From Candidatus Dadabacteria bacterium (lineage in GTDB: Bacteria; Desulfobacterota_D; UBA1144; Nemesobacterales; CSP1-2), in contig PSLL01000004.1 in the NCBI GenBank assembly GCA_040289575.1, positions 25,883-41,552 on the forward strand: 15,670 nt of DNA, written 5' to 3'. Below the pieces are notes generated by a model. That model did not search any database. It saw only the letters and a list, made by a program, of their open reading frames with translations, and was not told where the DNA came from. The position numbers were made by a program, and so were the translations under genes. Of this stretch, positions 8,854 through 15,670 are shown in pieces; positions within the stretch are counted from its first letter, which is position 1; each line of letters begins with the position of its first letter.

Positions 8854-9273
8854 TCAATTGTTATCCTCAAAATATTCGAAATAGTTATCCGATGTTTCCC
8901 AGAGTTTTAGATGAAGTAGTCTGCCTTTGTCCATCTTAGGCTGAAGTTTTATCCATATATACTTCACTATGTTCTCCCCAGAAGGGGTAAATTCTCTGAA
9001 GTAGGGGATCTCAATATCTAATCTAGCGTGGTCGAGTTCATCTATGATGTCCTTCATTATTCTGTCCAGGTCGCTGAGATTTATTATCATTCCGGTATCC
9101 GGATCAATATCCCCTGTCACCTTAACCTCAACATAGTAGTCGTGTCCATGTCCCTTAGGATTGTTGCATTTGCCGAATATACGGCGATTTTCTTCATCGG
9201 AATACCTCTTTGCATTAAGCCTGTGGGCGGCAGAAAAATGATAGACCTTTGTTAGAGCACATACCTCTTTCAT
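8854..9273 (-). CDS. 6-pyruvoyl-tetrahydropterin synthase family protein, PTPS-II type (copy 2)
   Basis: FSAAHRL, FGKCNNPKGHGH (CX5HGH), DPDTGMIINL, LDH, ENI, WET. Confidence 0.9.
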   Translation of the reverse strand: MKEVCALTKVYHFSAAHRLNAKRYSDEENRRIFGKCNNPKGHGHDYYVEVKVTGDIDPDTGMIINLSDLDRIMKDIIDELDHARLDIEIPYFREFTPSGENIVKYIWIKLQPKMDKGRLLHLKLWETSDNYFEYFEDNN

Positions 9274-9695
9274 TATTCCCTCCAGTAATCCACATATAGA
9301 TCAGGGGTCTCATAAAGCCTGATTCTATAGAGTCTACAGTCCGAGGTTCCCTCGAGCTTCTTTTCTATTAAATCCCACAAAACACGCGATATGTTCTCCG
9401 TTGTAGGAATTAAGTCTTTGAAATACGGGTTGTCCTCATTTAGAAATTTGTGGTCAAAGTCCTTGAGAACATCGTTTATTATCGGTTTTAGGTTGTATAG
9501 ATTTATAATCATTCCTGTATCCGGATCAACTGTGCCCTCAATAGTAACTTCGAGAATATAGTTATGCCCATGACCGTAGGGACTTATGCATTTGCCAAAT
9601 ACGGCTTTATTCGCCTCTTCATTCCATTTTGGGTTCCAGTAGCGATGAGAGGCGGAAAACTCTACCCTTTTTGTAAGAAGGGTCTTATATCCCAT
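9273..9695 (-). CDS. 6-pyruvoyl-tetrahydropterin synthase family protein, PTPS-II type (copy 1)
   Basis: FSASHRY, FGKCISPYGHGHNY (CX5HGH), DPDTGMIINL, FDHKFLN, PTTENI, YET; GAGGGAG ribosome-binding site; TAATG overlap with copy 2. Confidence 0.9.
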   Translation of the reverse strand: MGYKTLLTKRVEFSASHRYWNPKWNEEANKAVFGKCISPYGHGHNYILEVTIEGTVDPDTGMIINLYNLKPIINDVLKDFDHKFLNEDNPYFKDLIPTTENISRVLWDLIEKKLEGTSDCRLYRIRLYETPDLYVDYWRE

Positions 9696-9760
9696 GATTT
9701 CTCCCTCGGATTTTGATTGAAATTCCTAGAATTCGGCCTTTTCCGTTTCTCTTCATTCTC

Positions 9761-9787
9761 TATTTGATGCTGAGTAGGCATCAAATA
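9761..9787. promoter_or_regulatory. Perfect 10-bp inverted repeat upstream of the pterin operon (operator or RNA hairpin)
   Basis: TATTTGATGC-tgagtag-GCATCAAATA. Confidence 0.55.
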
Positions 9788-9830
9788 ACACTTTATTAGA
9801 TGAGCGATATTGGGCTTCAGATGCCAAGTA

Positions 9831-9860
9831 TTAACACCCAAACCCTTGCATGATTATAAT
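9831..9860 (+). promoter_or_regulatory. Putative sigma70 promoter of the DUF4175-moxR operon; palindromic -10 usable in both directions
   Basis: TTAACA (9831-9836), 18 bp, TATAAT (9855-9860); ATTATAAT also reads TATAAT on the minus strand (9858-9853). Confidence 0.5.
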
Positions 9861-9925
9861 AACATAGATTAGCAGGTCTTACTAATCCGTTTCCTTTTTC
9901 CCAACTCTACGGTAGTATTTATTTC

Positions 9926-12913
9926 ATGGAAGGCAGTTCGGAAAAAGTTATTGAAGAACTCCTGGATAGGCTAGAAAAAGAGCGAAAAAAGATCTGGATT
10001 GCAAAAGGCTCGGCGGAATTTCTACTGGTTCTATTTGCTTCTCTTGGATTGGTTTCTCTGCTCTCCATATTCTACTCGAATAGTATCTATTTCTCCGTGC
10101 TGAAAATCCTGGCTATACTGACCTTATGCTTGGGTTTTGTAAAGTTCCTCGCTCCTGTCCTACTAAAAAAGGAAGAGAGAACCAAACTGGCTTTGGAGAT
10201 TGAAAAGATATCCCCTGGCCTCGGAGAAGATACACTAAATGCACTTCTTCTTATGTCTGATTTAAACAGAACCCAGAGAGGGCTTGGCGTTTCAAGATTT
10301 CTCACAGAAGCCCATGTAAATGAGGTTGCCCGCAAACTCAAATCCCTGGACTTATCCCCTGCCCTGCCGAGAGAGAAAATAAAGATTTACCTAAAGCCCA
10401 TCGTTCCCACTTTTGTTTTATCGCTGACTGTATTTATATTTGCGCCAAGGGATTTTCAACGTTTTTTATTCGGTGCACATATCCTACCGCACTTAGAACC
10501 GAATTCCCTTGAGCTTGCGGATATTAAAATTGATTACATCTATCCGGCACATACGAAGCTTGCCCCTCGGGTTGTAAACGGAAGCACCGGAGATGTGAGA
10601 GCCATAAAGGGAACACGCGTGATTTTTGAAGCGACTCCGATGAGACCATTGGGTAGAGGAGAAATTGTCATTCAAAATGGCCTCACCATCCCCATTGGCT
10701 GGAATGGAAAAAGGATAAAGAGCGAATTTACAATCCTATCAGACGGAGATTTTTTCATTCAAGATAAAAAGGAGAACCTCAGATCTAGGATCTTTAGGAT
10801 CACATCCGAAGAAGACAAAAGCCCAAAGGTGGCCATTGAGTCTCCAGGTGGAGATATTGTAGATGTCGGGGAAAGGGAAAACCTAGACATTTTATATAAA
10901 GCCCAGGATGATTTCGGACTTACAAAACTCCTCCTCACCTGGAAGACAAAGAAAGGCGAATGGAGCAAACCCATAGATGAAATGAAAGGAGAGCCAAAAT
11001 CAATAGAGGGCAAATTTACCTGGGACCTCATCGATGTTCAGTCAGAGCCGGATGAGATAATAGAGGTTAAGATAAATGCCTATGATAACGATACTGTATC
11101 GGGCCCCAAAGTCGGGACATCAAACGTGATTAAAGTCAGACCCAATAACCCAAGAAAAAAACACGAAGATAATATAGCCTCAGTAGAGAGGCTTCTAGAA
11201 GAACTCCTAGATGTTTTGGGAGACGACATAGAGCATCGCCCTAATGATAGAGGTGCCAAAGTAAGCGACGTTGAAATGGTTCAAGAAAACATAGCGAGCA
11301 AGATCGAAAAATTAAGAGGTTCTTTAAATGGAATTCTGGATAGGATGAAAAGCGATGATTTTTCAGACTATACATATTTTGTGGGACTCTCGAACATGAA
11401 TGTAAGAATAAGTGATATACTGAGTGAACGCCGCGATTTGATCTCGTCGTTTTCGCCTTCGGATTTCTCGCGGCTCGGCGACCTTATAAAGAGGGAAATA
11501 AACGAGTTTGAGGGCGACATATTATTTTTGGATTCCACAATCAGGGGAGAAAGACTCAGAGAGTCACTCCTATACGGAAGAGATGCACTTGGCAGATACA
11601 ATGAACTTTCAGAACTCCTCAAGAAGCTCAAGCAAGGGGGCAAGGGGGAGACAAAAAAAGAGATTGAAAAAAAATTAGAAGAACTAAAGGGTCTCATGTC
11701 TCGGCTATCCCAAAAGCTGAGTTCCCTAGGTAGAGATGTTCATGAGGGATTTCTAAATCCCGATTCATTTAAGACACTGGATTTAGAGGGAAAATTAGAT
11801 GAGATCACGAGGCTGATTAACAGCGGAAAGATTGATGAGGCTCTTAATCTGATCTCCAGCTTTGAAGGCAGCCTCCAAGAGATGATTGCCTCTCTTGAAA
11901 ACGGGTCTCAGATAATGAACTCCAATCTGTACTCAAGCCAGATTACAGGGCTAAATGAGATCCTTGGGAGAATAAAGGGTTTAGAAGTCAGAGAAAAGTC
12001 TCTTAAAGAAAAAACCCAAGATGTTAAAGACTCACTTTTAAAAAATCTGCCCAGTAAGATAAATCCAATTGATTTTGTAGAAAGAGAAAAAAGGAAGATT
12101 GAGAGACTAAAAAGCCTCATTATGGAATCAGAGGCTAAGATCTCCGACAATATTGAATTGCATGAGTTCATAGAAGGCTCTCTTCTTACCAGGAGAATCC
12201 TTGATGAAGCCGACGAACTCAAGCACTGGCTTGAGGCACTTGAATTTAGTGAGGCTCTAAGAGGGGCAAAAGACATTGAGGAAAGAACAATCGGACTCAG
12301 AAACCTCAGTGATCTTGGAGTCGGCAAGATTGCAAAGGCGCAGCGCGAGATAGAGCAGTCCGCAGAGCTTGCAGGAGAGATACGTCGGGATATTGAGCGC
12401 ATTAGAGGAACAGAGGGAAAAGGAGGAAGGATGGATGAGCTCGCCAAGAGACAGGATGAGATTGAAAAAGAGGCATCGGAATTATCCGAGAACTTAAAAG
12501 GATTATCTCAAGATGCCCTTCCCCCAGATATACAAAAGGGGCTGGATGAATCAAGGGATTTTATGCACAGCGCATCCAGGAGTCTTAATGGAAAAGAAAT
12601 ATCCAAAGCGATCTCAAGTCAAGAAGAGGCCCTAAAGACACTCGAAAGAGCCAGAGAAAAGACAAGCGAACTTCTCGAAAAATACCAAATGAGCGCAAGA
12701 GGAGGGGGACTTCCCGTTCCTCTTGTTTTGGGAAGGGATCAATCTAATGAGGGAAATGGCATTGGAATTGACACAGGCCACGTAAATATTCCGCCTCCCG
12801 GAGAAAGGGTTGGAAGGGAATTTAAAGAGAGTCTAATGAAGGCACTAAAAGACGGCTCACCCGAGGGATACGGTGAGCTTAACAAGAAATATTATGAGAG
12901 AATTATAAAGTGA
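9926..12913 (+). CDS. Large DUF4175-like membrane protein (3 N-terminal TM helices, beta-rich middle, long coiled-coil C-terminus)
   Basis: 995 aa. Hydrophobic segments at ~aa 31-78 and 158-173; YIYPAHT..GDVRAIKGT, YKAQDDFGL, AYDNDTVSGPKVG motifs; K/E/L-rich heptads; C-terminal Y....KKYYERI motif; context with moxR. Confidence 0.75.
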   Translation: MEGSSEKVIEELLDRLEKERKKIWIAKGSAEFLLVLFASLGLVSLLSIFYSNSIYFSVLKILAILTLCLGFVKFLAPVLLKKEERTKLALEIEKISPGLGEDTLNALLLMSDLNRTQRGLGVSRFLTEAHVNEVARKLKSLDLSPALPREKIKIYLKPIVPTFVLSLTVFIFAPRDFQRFLFGAHILPHLEPNSLELADIKIDYIYPAHTKLAPRVVNGSTGDVRAIKGTRVIFEATPMRPLGRGEIVIQNGLTIPIGWNGKRIKSEFTILSDGDFFIQDKKENLRSRIFRITSEEDKSPKVAIESPGGDIVDVGERENLDILYKAQDDFGLTKLLLTWKTKKGEWSKPIDEMKGEPKSIEGKFTWDLIDVQSEPDEIIEVKINAYDNDTVSGPKVGTSNVIKVRPNNPRKKHEDNIASVERLLEELLDVLGDDIEHRPNDRGAKVSDVEMVQENIASKIEKLRGSLNGILDRMKSDDFSDYTYFVGLSNMNVRISDILSERRDLISSFSPSDFSRLGDLIKREINEFEGDILFLDSTIRGERLRESLLYGRDALGRYNELSELLKKLKQGGKGETKKEIEKKLEELKGLMSRLSQKLSSLGRDVHEGFLNPDSFKTLDLEGKLDEITRLINSGKIDEALNLISSFEGSLQEMIASLENGSQIMNSNLYSSQITGLNEILGRIKGLEVREKSLKEKTQDVKDSLLKNLPSKINPIDFVEREKRKIERLKSLIMESEAKISDNIELHEFIEGSLLTRRILDEADELKHWLEALEFSEALRGAKDIEERTIGLRNLSDLGVGKIAKAQREIEQSAELAGEIRRDIERIRGTEGKGGRMDELAKRQDEIEKEASELSENLKGLSQDALPPDIQKGLDESRDFMHSASRSLNGKEISKAISSQEEALKTLERAREKTSELLEKYQMSARGGGLPVPLVLGRDQSNEGNGIGIDTGHVNIPPPGERVGREFKESLMKALKDGSPEGYGELNKKYYERIIK

Positions 12914-14490
12914 TACGTTTTATTTTCCTGATTTTGCTATCTTTCTTTTATGCGAATTACTCCACCCCAGCCTCGGATTTTCCCGCACTGATAAAAAGTG
13001 GAGAAATATACCTCGATAAATGGCAGGTAAAAGAAGCCTCTCAAATTGCCGATAGGGCTATAGAACTCGCCGGTAGTCCCAATGATAAAGGCCGGGCTTT
13101 TTACATGAAATCTCAGGTCGAGTTCTATAAAGGTAGATACAGAGAGGCGGTAAAATACGGGAAAGAGGCTTATGCACTCTATAGAGACAAAGAGGTTGGC
13201 GATTTTCTAGACTATATATCAAAAGTCGCCGAGACAGGAGAAAAATTCAAAGAGGTCAAAACAGAACTCTTTATAATAAGATACATCCATCCAAAGGACT
13301 CCATTCTTCCTGTATATGCTCAAAGAACGCTTGAGAAGGCATACTATGAAATCGGCTCGGATTAAGAAACCTATCCCGGCGATCCGGTAATTGTCGAAAT
13401 ATATCCCGATCCCGAGAGCTTTGCCGTTGCTTCAACCCTTTCACAAAAGGACATCGCTACAACAGGAGTCGTAGGTATATGTAAATTCAACCGCATTATG
13501 ATTATATCGCCCAGACTCTTGCCTAAGGGCTATATGTGGCTTGATGCACTCGCGCATGAATACACACACTATCTCGTATTCATTAAAAGCGAAAATACAG
13601 TTCCCGTGTGGCTTCATGAAGGAATCGCAAAATTTGAAGAGAAAAGATGGAGGGAAAAAAAGAGACAGGTTCTCAACCCATTCTATGAAACCCTCCTTGC
13701 AAGGGCTTTAAAAGAAAATAGCCTTGTCCCTATAGAGAAGATGCATCCATCTTTTGGAAAACTCGAAAGTGCTTATGAAGCTCAGCTTGCATTCGCACAG
13801 GTAGGAACAATAGTAGACTTTATCGTAAGAAGATGGGGTGACGGCGCGCTCCTCAAACTGCTCGAAAGCCTGAGAGAAAAAAACGATTACAGATCAGCGA
13901 TAAAACAGGTTACAAAGATGGATTTCCCTCAGTTTTATAAGTCGTGGTCAGACAATCTAATGAGAAGAAAACTCATAGAAAGAATCCCCAAACTAAAGGT
14001 AAAGGAATTGAAGTTCGAGGAGAGTAAAGGAAGATCCCAAGACAAAGAACAGGACATAGGAGACTTAGACAGCACCCAGGCAAGGGATTATGTAACCATC
14101 GGCGATATGTTGAAGGCCAGAGGGAGACTGGAGGCCGCCGCTTATGAATACGATAAGGCCTTAAATTTCGACCCGATCTCACCTATTATATTGAACCGAC
14201 TTGCCTCAACCCAAATAGCACTTGGAGAATACGAAAAAGCAGAAGAGCTTCTCTTACGTTCGATTAAGTTCTACCCGGAATTTGTAGACGCATACAACAA
14301 TCTTGGGGAAATTTACATAAAAAAGGGGAACTTTAAAAAGGCCGAGGAGTCATACCAAAGTGCGATATCCATAAACCCATTTGACCCGGAGCCACATATT
14401 GCTTTAATCTCAATATATGAAAAGCTCGGTCTATCCGACTCGGCGGAACCCGAAAGGAGAGTCTTAGATATTTTGGTTAAAGAGAATTAG
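12910..14490 (+). pseudogene. Exported TPR-containing zinc metallopeptidase (peptidase MA-like), interrupted by one in-frame TAA at 13363-13365
   Basis: ORFs 12910-13365 and 13498-14490 share a frame and the 44 codons between them are open. Signal peptide, N-terminal TPR-like helices, LAHEYTH (HEXXH) plus PVWLHEGIA, C-terminal TPRs (AYNNLGEIYIKKGNFKKAEESYQSAISINP). 526 codons if repaired. Could be a sequencing error. Confidence 0.82.
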
Positions 14491-14506
14491 ACACGAATGG
14501 AAGTAA

Positions 14507-14557
14507 TCAGGATACACGATACAATGTAAGATAAATCATGTATCATGCATCTTGCAT
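14507..14557. repeat. Heptamer tandem repeats in inverted arrangement (hairpin)
   Basis: TCAGGAT-ACACGAT-ACAATGTAAGAT followed by ATCATGT-ATCATGC-ATCTTGC-AT. Confidence 0.55.
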
Positions 14558-14580
14558 AATTTCATTGACGAGGATCTCAA

Positions 14581-15591
14581 ATGAGCAGATACAAATATGG
14601 AAGCAAAGAGGATATAGAAAAGGTAAAGGGAATCTCCCATATAAAAAGAGAAATCCTGGAGGAGATCGGAAAGGTAATAGTCGGACAGGAGAGGGTTATA
14701 GAACTTTTGCTTATATCTCTTATATCCTCGGGGCACTCTCTTTTTGTTGGGGTGCCCGGGCTTGCAAAAACCCTCCTTGTAAGTACGCTCTCAGATATTC
14801 TTAATTTGAAATTCAGCAGGGTTCAATTTACACCCGATTTGATGCCCTCGGATATCACCGGTTCTGAGGTTTTAGAAGAAGACAGGACAACGGGGAAGAG
14901 ATTTTTTAGGTTTATACAGGGCCCGATCTTCTGTAATATACTCCTCGCAGATGAGATAAATAGGTCATCTCCAAAAACCCAGGCCGCGCTCCTTCAAGTC
15001 ATGCAGGAGAGAAAGATAACAGTTGGCGGACAGACTCATATATTAGAGCCTCCTTTCCTGGTCTTTGCCACCCAAAACCCGATTGAACAGGAAGGAACAT
15101 ACCCTCTACCCGAAGCCGAGCTTGATAGATTCATGTTCCAGATTGACGTAGACTATCCGTCTCTTAATGAAGAGATAGAGATCGTAAGGACTACAACCGG
15201 AGCATATAAACCCGAGCTTAGACAGGTGGTTGACGTTTCAAAAATCCTTGAATATCAGGATTTGGTACATCGGGTTCCAGTCTCGGAGCATGTTGCTGCA
15301 TATGCCGTCAAGATTGCAAGGGCGACAAGACCGAATGATGACGCATCCGAATTTGTAAAGAAATGGGTCTCCTGGGGCGTAGGGCCCAGAGCCTCACAGT
15401 TCCTAATACTGGGGAGTAAGGCGGGAGCCATACTTGACGGGAGGTTTACTCCGAACACAGATGACATAAGGTTTCTTGCTTTCCCTGTACTCAAGCACAG
15501 ACTCGTCCTCAATTTCCGTGCTGAGTCAGAGGGAATCAAGCCGACGGACATAATTCGGGAGATTCTGGATAAGGTTGATGCAAGTGTTTAG
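14581..15591 (+). CDS. moxR: MoxR-family AAA+ ATPase
   Basis: Walker A GVPGLAKT, RVQFTPDLMPSDITG, Walker B LADEINR, ATQNPIEQEGTYPLPEAELDRF, GPRAS, VLKHRL. Confidence 0.95.
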   Translation: MSRYKYGSKEDIEKVKGISHIKREILEEIGKVIVGQERVIELLLISLISSGHSLFVGVPGLAKTLLVSTLSDILNLKFSRVQFTPDLMPSDITGSEVLEEDRTTGKRFFRFIQGPIFCNILLADEINRSSPKTQAALLQVMQERKITVGGQTHILEPPFLVFATQNPIEQEGTYPLPEAELDRFMFQIDVDYPSLNEEIEIVRTTTGAYKPELRQVVDVSKILEYQDLVHRVPVSEHVAAYAVKIARATRPNDDASEFVKKWVSWGVGPRASQFLILGSKAGAILDGRFTPNTDDIRFLAFPVLKHRLVLNFRAESEGIKPTDIIREILDKVDASV

Positions 15592-15611
15592 CCACAAATA
15601 AATAAATCATG

Positions 15612-15635
15612 GTGGGTTAGACATACTTGTCTGAC
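15612..15635 (+). repeat. REP-like palindrome downstream of moxR
   Basis: GTGG tetranucleotide followed by stem GTTAGACA-tact-TGTCTGAC (one G-T pair); no poly-T tail. Confidence 0.5.
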
Positions 15636-15670
15636 AACCCTTATGAGGACTGTTTCGAACTTGGTATTAT

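Noticed and set aside
8854..9695. Queuosine or 7-deazaguanine DNA-modification (queD/dpd) cluster
   Set aside because: The motif is CX5HGH rather than CX3HGH; there is no queC, queE, tgt or dpdA in the window; a sepiapterin-reductase-like SDR is coupled instead.
9685..9756. 23-aa upstream ORF (MKRNGKGRILG...) overlapping the first PTPS start
   Set aside because: Weak ribosome-binding site, no telling composition, and a length expected by chance.
13363..13365. Selenocysteine, pyrrolysine or alternative genetic code readthrough
   Set aside because: The codon is TAA rather than TGA/TAG, and all three stop codons end genes normally in this window.
14536..14804. ORFs 14538-14804 (+) and 14536-14736 (-)
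   Set aside because: They overlap moxR in other frames and have one end in the heptamer repeat.
15612..15640. Rho-independent terminator after moxR
   Set aside because: The hairpin has no U-rich tail and fits a REP-like element better.

Overview
Bacterial chromosomal segment, gene-dense and AT-rich between genes, with no CRISPR array, rRNA, tRNA or transposase. The minus strand (9695->1) carries a compact pterin cluster: two tandem PTPS-II-type synthases, folE and a Chlorobium-type sepiapterin-reductase-like SDR, i.e. a complete predicted tetrahydrobiopterin pathway. It continues with a cytoplasmic sulfite-oxidase-family molybdoenzyme, hemA-hemC, a GalT-like nucleotidyltransferase and the start of a type II secretion locus (gspC, gspD). 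gspD is missing from the ORF track because it runs off the window; I translated it by hand and it carries an unusual N-terminal LysM domain. The plus strand (9926->15591) carries a DUF4175-like membrane/coiled-coil protein, a TPR/HEXXH metallopeptidase gene interrupted by one in-frame TAA, and a MoxR AAA+ ATPase. Intergenic spacers hold REP-like and heptamer-based palindromes. All family calls are by motif recognition from memory; no searches were run.
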